From Candidatus Eiseniibacteriota bacterium (GTDB lineage: Bacteria > Eisenbacteria > RBG-16-71-46 > CAIMUX01 > VGJL01), in NCBI GenBank assembly GCA_963792585.1, contig CAWBWI010000001.1, forward strand, positions 1,792,001-1,856,000: a DNA stretch of 64,000 bases, given 5' to 3'. The notes beneath the pieces are model-generated. The model saw nothing but the letters and a program-made list of their open reading frames with translations, ran no database searches and was not told the origin of the DNA. Both the position numbers and the translations under genes were made by a program. This document shows positions 21,409 to 29,803 of the stretch, in pieces. Each line of letters opens with the position of its first letter. Position 1 is the first letter of the stretch.

Positions 21409-21513
21409 GCGATGCCTCCCAGGGGCGGGCGAAGGGCGCCCCCCTCCAGGATGTGTCGGCTCGTCCGGGGATCGCCTTGAGTCGGGAGGCGTTCGCGCCG
21501 AAATCTTCCGCCG

Positions 21514-23259
21514 TCAGCGCGCCCCGTCGGGGGACGAAACGGTCGTGCGGGGCAATCTCGACACCATGGATGGTCTGCGGCCGGGGCCGCGCCCGGGCGC
21601 CTCCCGCCGCGGAATCCTCATCTCCATGCGCACGAGTTCGATCGGGATCGTGCCATGGCCGAGGACCTCATCATGGAAGGTGAGCAGATCGAATCGGTCT
21701 CCCAGCGTCGCTTTGGTGTCCTCGAGCAGCTCATCGATCAGGATCTTGCCGGCGACGTAGCTCATCGGCTGGGTCGGGTTCGCGCAATAGCGTCGAACCT
21801 CCGCGCGCGCATTCGGCCGCTCGATGCGCGCCTTGCGAACAAGGAAGGTCTCCGCTTCGGTGAACCCCATCTGACCCGTCTGCAGGCCAACGTCGATGAT
21901 GACGCGGCAGGCCCGCCAGAGCAGGTCCTTCAATTGCAGGAGTCTCACCCGTTCGTCCGTGAAATACCCGCGGCGGTACATCAGGTCCTCACAGTAGAGC
22001 GCCCATCCTTCGGAGAAGGTGCTCGACGTATAGATGAAACGGAGAGGATGACCCTTCACCTGATTCGCGCGGATCTGCTGAAGGTGGTGTCCCGGGCAGG
22101 CCTTGTGCAGGGCCGTGACCGGAATCCCGAAGCGCGCGTGTCCCCTCAAGAGAACCTCGCGCCGCTCCTCGGGCAACCCGGGGTCGACGGTCGTGACCCA
22201 GAAGGTGCCGCACTGCTTCTCCTCGAACGGGGCGGGACCGAGATAGGCGGCGTATGGGAAGATCGGCCGCGCGAACGCGGGGGTCGGCACGACCTCGCAG
22301 CACGCGTTCTCGGGAAGGGTGGCCAGCCCCGTCGAGCGGACGAATTCGCGCGCGCGCGCCATCTCGGAAGCGTAGGCGTTCAACACCTCGGCCTCGGTCG
22401 GGTGGACGAGCTTGACGCTCTCCACGACCTTGCTCCACGGCTTCCCTGATTCGATGCGCGCGGAGACCCGCTTCATCTCCCGCATCGCCTCCTGGTAGAC
22501 ATGCTGGCCGACGGCAATCAGCTCGTCCGCGTTCCAGGGAAGCGCATGCTCCTCGACGAGGAGCCGCTCGTAGGTCGCGCGTCCGACCGCAAAATCACCG
22601 TGGCTGTGCGGCATCAGGCTGCCCTCGAGCCACTCGTGGAACGCAAGCATCGCGGCGCGCGCTTCGAGCCCGGCGCTTTCGATGCCGCTGCGCAGGCGCG
22701 GATCACCGAGCGATGCCGCGAAGTCCTGGAGGGAGCGGTCGAAGAAGTCGATCGATCCGGCTGCGCTCATCGCGGCCGATTCCGTGAAGATCGCGGGAGG
22801 ATTGTGGAGGTTCTCCCGAGCTCGCTCGAGATGATGCGGGACCTGCTTCAGCCGGTCGATGAGCGGTTTCGCCCGTTTCTCCGGCGGGGCGAAGTCCCGC
22901 ACGAGGAGCGAGTAGAGACCGAAGACCACGTCGTCGACGTACAGAATCGGGGACTCGCGCCAGGCCGGGTGCTTCTGCAGTCGCAGGATCTGCGAGGCGA
23001 TCCCTCCGCGCGCAAGGCGCAGGTCGACCGCGCGATCGATCGAAAGTTCCCGCTCGCGGAAGTGCCCGAGGCTGTGGAGGTGGTCTTGTAGCGTCCCCAG
23101 TTCGCGCTCTGCCGCTTCCGGTGCGCGGTCGGGAAGCTCCCCGTCATTCGAGCCGTGAATCCCCAGCCAGGTGCCCTCGATGGGGTTCAACTCGACGTGG
23201 GACTTCAGGATCTGTTCGGCGAGTCGGTCAAACGCAGCATTCGTGTCCTGCTCCGGCAT
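21514..23259 (-). CDS. DUF885 family protein
   Basis: LHKACPGHHLQ, FSEGWALYCE, LWRACRVIIDVGL, EVRRY...PTQPMSY..GK, FDL..FHD..L..G.IP. Confidence 0.85.
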   Translation of the reverse strand: MPEQDTNAAFDRLAEQILKSHVELNPIEGTWLGIHGSNDGELPDRAPEAAERELGTLQDHLHSLGHFRERELSIDRAVDLRLARGGIASQILRLQKHPAWRESPILYVDDVVFGLYSLLVRDFAPPEKRAKPLIDRLKQVPHHLERARENLHNPPAIFTESAAMSAAGSIDFFDRSLQDFAASLGDPRLRSGIESAGLEARAAMLAFHEWLEGSLMPHSHGDFAVGRATYERLLVEEHALPWNADELIAVGQHVYQEAMREMKRVSARIESGKPWSKVVESVKLVHPTEAEVLNAYASEMARAREFVRSTGLATLPENACCEVVPTPAFARPIFPYAAYLGPAPFEEKQCGTFWVTTVDPGLPEERREVLLRGHARFGIPVTALHKACPGHHLQQIRANQVKGHPLRFIYTSSTFSEGWALYCEDLMYRRGYFTDERVRLLQLKDLLWRACRVIIDVGLQTGQMGFTEAETFLVRKARIERPNARAEVRRYCANPTQPMSYVAGKILIDELLEDTKATLGDRFDLLTFHDEVLGHGTIPIELVRMEMRIPRREAPGRGPGRRPSMVSRLPRTTVSSPDGAR

Positions 23260-23303
23260 GCGACCTCCCCCGGCAAACCCACCCCAAACGCGTAACCAGC
23301 CGG

Positions 23304-23332
23304 AGTATAGCAAGACGGCGAGATCGGCTGAA
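23304..23332 (-). promoter_or_regulatory. Putative sigma70 promoter for the DUF885 gene
   Basis: Minus strand TTCAGC-N17-TATACT with a TG extension. Confidence 0.45.
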
Positions 23333-23390
23333 GAAAATCTGAATAGAAAGAGCTATTCGTATTAGTAGGACTGTTTATCATGCGGTGCGG

Positions 23391-24482
23391 TCAGGGGGCG
23401 TGGAAGAGGATATGGCAGATATCTCCGTCCCGCACGACATACTCCTTTCCCTCCACGCGGATTCTCCCGTGGCGGTGAAGCTCCGCGCGCGTTCGCAACT
23501 CCTCGACGTCCTCGAGATGAAAGACCTCCATCCGGATGAAGCCGCGCTCCATGTCCGTGTGGATGCGTCCCGCCGCTGCGGGGGCCTTCATCCCCTCGGG
23601 GATCAGCCACGCCTGCAGCTTCTCGTTCGCCGTCGTGTAGAAGGCGATCAGACGCAAGAGCGCGCGGGAAAGATCGAGCAGACGGTCGATTCCGCGACGG
23701 GGCAGGCCCAGGTCGGCGAGCATGCCGGCGCGCTCATCGGGGTCGAGGCGGGCGATCTCCTCCTCCAGCGAGACGGCGAGGGGCAGCAACGACTCGTCGC
23801 GCAGAGCACCGCGAAGCCGTTCGACCGCTGGAGCGCTCCCGCTGGGATCGTCCTCGGCGACGTTGGCGACGACGACCAACGGCTTCAGGGTCAACAGGAA
23901 GAGCTCGCGCGCCTTCGCGTGCTCGTCGGGCGCAAGGTCCATGCGGCGCAACGGCTCACCACGACGCAAGTCGGCGATGAGCCGATCCAGGATCCCGACC
24001 TCCGCGTCGGCCTGCCGCGGGCTGGCTTTCGCGCGGGCGAGCACCTTGGCCCGATGCCGCTCGACCGTATCGAGATCGGCGAGCAACAGCTCGGTCTCCA
24101 CGATCTCGAGGTCGCGCAGGGGATCGATGGCGCCCGCCACGTGAACGATCCGCTCGTGGTCGAAGCAGCGGACGACGTGCACGAGGGCGTCCACCTCCCG
24201 GATGTGTCCGAGGAACTGGTTGCCGAGCCCTTCTCCCTTGCTCGCTCCCTTCACCAGACCGGCGATGTCGACGAAGCGAATCGCTGCCGGAATCGTCTCC
24301 TGGGGCGTCAGCAGTTCGGCGAGACGCGCGAGGCGCGGATCCTCGATCGAGGCTACACCGACGTTCTTGTCGATCGTGCAGAATGGGTAGTTCGAGGCTT
24401 CGGCGTGCGCGTGCGTGAGGGCGTTGAGCAATGTCGACTTGCCGACGTTCGGCAATCCGACGATTCCCATCTGCAGGGCCAT
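23391..24482 (-). CDS. ychF: Redox-regulated ATPase YchF (Obg family)
   Basis: GIVGLPNVGKSTL, NYPFCTI, DIAGLVKGASKGEGLGNQFL, APAAAGRIHTDMERGFI, EGKEYVVRDGD. Confidence 0.95.
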   Translation of the reverse strand: MALQMGIVGLPNVGKSTLLNALTHAHAEASNYPFCTIDKNVGVASIEDPRLARLAELLTPQETIPAAIRFVDIAGLVKGASKGEGLGNQFLGHIREVDALVHVVRCFDHERIVHVAGAIDPLRDLEIVETELLLADLDTVERHRAKVLARAKASPRQADAEVGILDRLIADLRRGEPLRRMDLAPDEHAKARELFLLTLKPLVVVANVAEDDPSGSAPAVERLRGALRDESLLPLAVSLEEEIARLDPDERAGMLADLGLPRRGIDRLLDLSRALLRLIAFYTTANEKLQAWLIPEGMKAPAAAGRIHTDMERGFIRMEVFHLEDVEELRTRAELHRHGRIRVEGKEYVVRDGDICHILFHAP

Positions 24483-24514
24483 GGCACCTCCCCGGCGCGG
24501 CGGTCCGGAGCGAT

Positions 24515-25162
24515 CTAGGGCTGCTGCGCGCTGAGATAGGCGACGAGCGAACGAACCTGCGATTCCGTTAATCCGAAGTTCGGCATCTCGGATGTCGGCC
24601 AGAGTCGCTGCGGGTCGCGCAAGTTCGCGGCGATATAGGAAGGGCGTAGCCTGCCCCCCACGCCGGTCAGATCGGGTCCGATCGTCTCCCCCACCCCGTT
24701 CATCCGGTGGCATGAGCCGCAGGCTGTCTGCTGGTAGAGGGTGGCTCCCGCAGCAACCGCTGCGGTGTCCGCGGCAACCGTCTCGAGTCCCGGCGCCTCG
24801 GGCACGAGGGACGTGTCGCGAAGCGTCTCGAGGAATCGGGCGACCGAAAGGGCGTCGATCCCCGAAAGCCCGCTGCCTGCCGCGGGTGGCTCCATCAGAA
24901 ACGTCTCGATCCAGCCGCGCTGGAAGCGGCTGCCCGCGAAGCGATGCGGTCTGGCAACCGCTCTCGGCCCGCGAATCGGATGCAGCGGGGCGGGCGCATC
25001 CGGGACGACGGCGGCGGCGTCATGGCAGGTCCCGCAGTGGCGCTCTTCGTAGAGTCTCTTGCCCCGCTCGGCGGTCGCCGCGGGCCGATCGGCCGAGGCC
25101 GAGCAGGAGGCGAGGCCGGCGAACACGATCCCCGAGAGGGCCAAGAGAGCGAGCCTGTTCAT
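24515..25162 (-). CDS. Diheme c-type cytochrome lipoprotein
   Basis: Lipobox LASC; CGTCH and CGSCH; IGPDLTGVG and MPNFGL distal-ligand region. Confidence 0.85.
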   Translation of the reverse strand: MNRLALLALSGIVFAGLASCSASADRPAATAERGKRLYEERHCGTCHDAAAVVPDAPAPLHPIRGPRAVARPHRFAGSRFQRGWIETFLMEPPAAGSGLSGIDALSVARFLETLRDTSLVPEAPGLETVAADTAAVAAGATLYQQTACGSCHRMNGVGETIGPDLTGVGGRLRPSYIAANLRDPQRLWPTSEMPNFGLTESQVRSLVAYLSAQQP

Positions 25163-25485
25163 GGCCGGGAGAATACCACGCGGGGGGAACGCCCGGCGAC
25201 CGGGGGGATCCTGGTCCGCATGGGCCATTAGGAGCTCGGATCGGGGAGCCGGAGGACTCCCGGCGGGTGAAGCCCGCTGGGGAAATATCAGAAGGGAATG
25301 TGGCGGGATGTGGAGCGAAGTGCTAATGTTGCTCGATTGGTCCGAAAGCGTGTGGCCCGATCGACGATCGACCGCAGCACCGGCAACCGTACCGTCCCCG
25401 GCCACTCCCACGTCCCGGATCAATCATAGTGTCGACTCGCTTAGAGGCCGCCCCGGATCAAATTGTGCCAGCAGGGAGGCGCGCC

Positions 25486-27072
25486 ATGGTTCATCGGAAG
25501 CATCTGGTGACCGTCTTGGTTGGGATCGCATTGGGGGGCACCGGGTGCTCCTCGAGTCATAGGGGGTCCTCCGCGGCCTTGCGCGACGGAGACCCGACGC
25601 GGGCCGAATCGCTTGCCGAGGAGCGCCTCGCAACCAGCGAAGATGATTGGGTCTCATGGCGCGATCTGGGGATTGCCAGATACCAGCTCACCCGGCCGGC
25701 GGAGGCCATCGACCCACTTGGGCGTGCACTCAACCTCCGGCCCGAAGATCGGCAAACGCTGCTGTTCCGAGGGCGTGCGTATGACGCGATTGACAGCATC
25801 CCCAAAGCAATCGCGGCCTATGGAGCTTACGTCGCGCGGGCGAAGGGCAAGGATGAGGCCACCGTCCGGGGACGGATGGAGCAGCTCCGGCGGCAACTCA
25901 TGAAGGCTGACATCGCCCGGATCGTCGCACGCGAGCACGACATCAACAGAATCCCCCTGCAGAAGAACACGATTGCGGTTCCAGATTTCACGAATCCCGC
26001 GAAAACCGACACCCTTCGACCGGTGGCCAAGGGACTCGCGGTGATGACCATCACGGATCTCCTGCGGGTCGACAGTCTCCGGATCGTCGAGAGAGACCGA
26101 CTCACGACCCTTCTGGATGAGTTGCGGCGGGCGAATCCGCGAGCCACCGAAGCATCCAACGCTTCCGCGCCCCAACTGGAACCGGTATCGAGCGTGAAGG
26201 GACAGCAGCAGAGACTGGCAGGGCTCAGAGATCCCGCTGGGGGTGCACCTTTCTACGGTGGGGAAACGAACGGCAGATCGGCCCCCGAGTTCATCGACGC
26301 GGTGAAGCGCTTCCAGAAGGCGCACCGCTTGACGGCGGATGGGATCGCGGGCCGTAAGACCCAGAGCACGTTGGAGGATGAGTGGAATCGCCTCGGCGGA
26401 GAAACGGCTGAGCCGACGCCGGCGACGGCCATCGAGGCAGGAACCGCTCCCCGATTGGGCCGATTGCTTGGCGCACAGAAGATTGTGCAGGGATCTGTCC
26501 TCCCGCTGGGCTCGGAGAGGATCCAGGTCACGGCGGACCTGCAAAACACTCTGACAGGTGAGGCGATCGGCACAACCCCGCCGATCGAAGGTGCCTTCAC
26601 TCAGATCCTCGATCTTCAGAAGGGTCTCGTCTTCGAGATTCTCGAGCTGCTCGGCGTCCGACCGGGTAACAAATTGCGCCGGGAGTTGGAACAAAGGAGC
26701 ACCCGAGACCTGGAAGCCTTCCTGGCCTTCTGCCGCGGGCTTGATCTGGAAGACCGCGGATTGCGCTCCGAGGCCCTCGATGCGTACCGAGAGGCAACCT
26801 CCCGGGATCCTGGGTTCGGGCTGGCGAGCCGTTCCGCAGCCGCCCTCTCGGTCGGAGCGAATGATCTTCAAGAGACGGAACAATCGGAGGCCAGCGAGCT
26901 GGGCGGAGAATCGTTGGACATTGGAGATCGTGCCGCGGAGACCGGCGATCGACTCGGGATCTCTCCTACCGACGGCAACCCGACGGCGCTGGACACGCGC
27001 CGCCCCGACAACCTCCGAGGAGGGACGATTGTTGTAGAGGGAGAGCTCCCCGGTGGTGGGAGGAAACGATGA
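25486..27072 (+). CDS. Lipoprotein with TPRs and a CsgG/HfaB-like domain that has an inserted peptidoglycan-binding domain
   Basis: Lipobox GTGC; TPR helices; IAVPDFTN, LRIVERDRL..LLDEL, RLGRLLGAQKIVQGS; inserted AVKRFQKAHRLTADGIAGRKT (PG_binding_1-like). Confidence 0.75.
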   Translation: MVHRKHLVTVLVGIALGGTGCSSSHRGSSAALRDGDPTRAESLAEERLATSEDDWVSWRDLGIARYQLTRPAEAIDPLGRALNLRPEDRQTLLFRGRAYDAIDSIPKAIAAYGAYVARAKGKDEATVRGRMEQLRRQLMKADIARIVAREHDINRIPLQKNTIAVPDFTNPAKTDTLRPVAKGLAVMTITDLLRVDSLRIVERDRLTTLLDELRRANPRATEASNASAPQLEPVSSVKGQQQRLAGLRDPAGGAPFYGGETNGRSAPEFIDAVKRFQKAHRLTADGIAGRKTQSTLEDEWNRLGGETAEPTPATAIEAGTAPRLGRLLGAQKIVQGSVLPLGSERIQVTADLQNTLTGEAIGTTPPIEGAFTQILDLQKGLVFEILELLGVRPGNKLRRELEQRSTRDLEAFLAFCRGLDLEDRGLRSEALDAYREATSRDPGFGLASRSAAALSVGANDLQETEQSEASELGGESLDIGDRAAETGDRLGISPTDGNPTALDTRRPDNLRGGTIVVEGELPGGGRKR

Positions 27073-28169
27073 AGCCGATCTCGCTTCTCGTATTCGCGGC
27101 GGGTGCGGTTCTCACCGTGACCGCTCCATCGAGGGGTGCGACCGAGATCAAGGTGAGGATCCCCGCGTCGTACCGATCGTGGCAATTCTCCGAGGCCGAC
27201 ACGACCGTGACTGCATCGCAGTGGGTAGCGCCGGTGGTCATCTCGCTCGGACTGTCGCGGAGCGTCGATCTGCTGCTGCAGGGCGCGGTGCAGACGGGCA
27301 AGCGCGACGCCGTGGAGTCCTCCAACCTCTCCGGAGCAACGGATGCGCGCGCGGCACTCCGATGGGGCTCGTCCGGCGGACGGCTGCAGCTCCAGGCAGG
27401 GCTGAACATTCCGACGGGAACTCGCGAGCTGGATGAGGAGCAGCAACGCGTCTCGATAGCGCTGGCGCCTCCGTTCCTCGGGTATCGGGTGCGCCAGACC
27501 GGGAAGGGTCTGGATGTTGGTGGTGGCGTCACGTGTGCGTTCCCGCTGTCGGACGGATGGGCCCTCGGCGTGGGTGGAAGCTATCTCCATCGTGGCAGCT
27601 TTCGCGCGGTGAAGGGGGCCGCGGAGATCCGCCCTGGTGGCGAGATCACCGCCTCCGCCGGAGTCAGCGGTGAGCTCGCGGGACTGGGCGTCCGGGTGGA
27701 CGGCACACGGCGCATCTACGCTGAGGACGGAGAAGGTTCGAACTACAAAGAGCCGGCCGTGTGGGAGGGATCGATGGCCGCGGGCAATGCAGGGCGCGTA
27801 TGGGGATTCGATGTCGCCCTCCTCTTGAGCCACAAGGAAGACGCCGAGGCCGGGTCGTCACCCTATTCGGGGAATTATCTGGGAGGATCGGGCGAGATTC
27901 GACACAGCCTCGGATCGGGCGTCCAGATCGGGGTCGCCGGTGAGGTTGTTCGTTTTCGCAGTACCGAGATCGAGGGCGTGAGTTTCGCCAGCACGACGGG
28001 CGGTGTGGGCCCCAGTCTGGTCCTCTCGTTCGGCGAGGGCACGCGCGTCGAGGGCCGGCTCAAGCGGCTCATGGGAACTCTGGATCCGGGAATCGGAGAC
28101 AGCCAGTCGATCGATGGCTGGGACGCCGTCGTCGCTCTGAGCTTCACCGGGGGCTCGCGGGATCGTTGA
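27069..28169 (+). CDS. Putative outer-membrane beta-barrel protein
   Basis: Signal peptide; alternating Gly/hydrophobic strands (LNIPTG, WALGVGGSY); ATGA overlap with the upstream gene. Confidence 0.65.
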   Translation: MKPISLLVFAAGAVLTVTAPSRGATEIKVRIPASYRSWQFSEADTTVTASQWVAPVVISLGLSRSVDLLLQGAVQTGKRDAVESSNLSGATDARAALRWGSSGGRLQLQAGLNIPTGTRELDEEQQRVSIALAPPFLGYRVRQTGKGLDVGGGVTCAFPLSDGWALGVGGSYLHRGSFRAVKGAAEIRPGGEITASAGVSGELAGLGVRVDGTRRIYAEDGEGSNYKEPAVWEGSMAAGNAGRVWGFDVALLLSHKEDAEAGSSPYSGNYLGGSGEIRHSLGSGVQIGVAGEVVRFRSTEIEGVSFASTTGGVGPSLVLSFGEGTRVEGRLKRLMGTLDPGIGDSQSIDGWDAVVALSFTGGSRDR

Positions 28170-28240
28170 TCTCCAATGAACCGCTGCCCCGTTGAACGAT
28201 CGGTGAAGGGACGCGCCCGGTCCAAGGAGGTTTTTCACAG

Positions 28241-29803
28241 GTGTCCGAGACGATGGTGAACGCAAAGCCTCTCGCGCCGGTCGACGAGCTTTCCGAATGG
28301 AGGACGGAGGCATTCGAAGCTCTCAGGGCAGCCCTCCTCCGAACAGGTTACACGGACTCGATCCTCCACTTCGCCGAGGGCGTCGCGCCGGCGATGTTCG
28401 ATCACCTGCGTCTCCCCCTGGTGAACCGTGCGCTCGAGAGGCGGGGAGACGCCGCGGCCACCCTCGCACGCCTCTTCGCCTATGACGACGCGATCGAGCC
28501 CAGGACTCTGCAGGGGCTTCTCGGGACAGAGTGCTACGGCGTCCTGGAATCCTCCGGGATCCTGAAGACCGCCTCTTCTGCGGCCGATCGGGTGCGATCC
28601 CGATTCCGTCTGCTGCCTCTGGAGGGTCTCTGGATCCTCTCGGATCGGTTCGATGCCGGGACGGATTGTGTCATGGGCCCGGGGCCGACGACCGTGCAGC
28701 TCATCCGCCTCCTCCCCGAACGCGTCACCGGATCGGTGCTCGACGTGGGCTGCGGCGCGGGCAGCCTTGCGCTGGTGGCGGCTTCCCGTGGGGCATCGCC
28801 AGTAATCGGAGTCGATCTCAATGCGCGGGCGCTGGAAACGGCCCGCTTCAACGCGCGGCTGAATGGGCTAAACGTGGACTTCAGGCAAGGGGATCTGCTC
28901 CAGCCGGTGATTCACGACTCCTTCGATCTGATCGTCGCCCAACCCCCCTATGTCTCCCATCCCCCCGGTGTGCCCGCGACGACCTACCTGCACGGTGGTC
29001 CGCAAGGGGATGAAATCGCGATGCGGCTGATCTCGGATCTGCCGCGCGTCCTCTCCCCGACAGGACGCGCGCTGATCCTCATGGATACAGCAGTGCGAAA
29101 GGGAGACTTGCTGTCGAATCGTATCCGCCTCCTCCTGCACGATGCCCCCGTCGACCTGGTCGTGCTCGCAGCGCCGGGCGCGTCGGCGGATCTCCAATCA
29201 ATCGGCTATGCCCTCCTCGATTCTGCCGAAGTCGGATCCGAGTATTCGGCCGCCGTACGCCGGTACCGGGACCACATGGATGCCCTTGGTATCGAGGAAT
29301 TCCGGCACTGCTTGGCCATGCTGCGCGCTCATATCGGCGGTCCCCGGACGGGCGGCCGCTTCACGATCCAACTGAGGGTTCGCACTCTCCCCAAGCGCGC
29401 AGCGACCCTGGAGCGGATCCTCGCGGGACTCGACCTCGCCGCCTTGGATGACGGGGCCCTACGCCGCCGCGCCGTCCGGGCCGCGTCTGGCGCGTTGTGG
29501 GTCGAAGAGAGGCAGGGGTTGGATCCGGCGAGCGAGTCTACGAACTGTGTTCGGTTCGCTCCCGATGACATTCTTCTCGATCAGGAGATCAGCGAGGCCG
29601 GGCGGACCTTGATCGAGGTCCTACATGAGGAAGCGACGATCGACGCCGCGATCGCCCGCTATGCCGCTGTTTGTGATGCCGCGCCCGATGAGGTGAGCGG
29701 TCACGTCCTCGACTTCGTCAGGGAAGGTCTATCGCGAGGCACGCTCGAAGGGGCTCCGGCGGCAACGGAGCACGGCTGTGCGCCCGGGCTGCAGGAGGGG
29801 TGA
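28241..29803 (+). CDS. HemK/MTS-like SAM methyltransferase with a C-terminal PqqD/RRE-like winged-helix domain
   Basis: VLDVGCGAG, GVDLNARAL, FDLIVAQPPY; tail TIDAAIARYAAVCDAAPDEVSGHVLDFVREGLSRGTLE; AAGGAGG RBS. Confidence 0.8.
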   Translation: MSETMVNAKPLAPVDELSEWRTEAFEALRAALLRTGYTDSILHFAEGVAPAMFDHLRLPLVNRALERRGDAAATLARLFAYDDAIEPRTLQGLLGTECYGVLESSGILKTASSAADRVRSRFRLLPLEGLWILSDRFDAGTDCVMGPGPTTVQLIRLLPERVTGSVLDVGCGAGSLALVAASRGASPVIGVDLNARALETARFNARLNGLNVDFRQGDLLQPVIHDSFDLIVAQPPYVSHPPGVPATTYLHGGPQGDEIAMRLISDLPRVLSPTGRALILMDTAVRKGDLLSNRIRLLLHDAPVDLVVLAAPGASADLQSIGYALLDSAEVGSEYSAAVRRYRDHMDALGIEEFRHCLAMLRAHIGGPRTGGRFTIQLRVRTLPKRAATLERILAGLDLAALDDGALRRRAVRAASGALWVEERQGLDPASESTNCVRFAPDDILLDQEISEAGRTLIEVLHEEATIDAAIARYAAVCDAAPDEVSGHVLDFVREGLSRGTLEGAPAATEHGCAPGLQEG

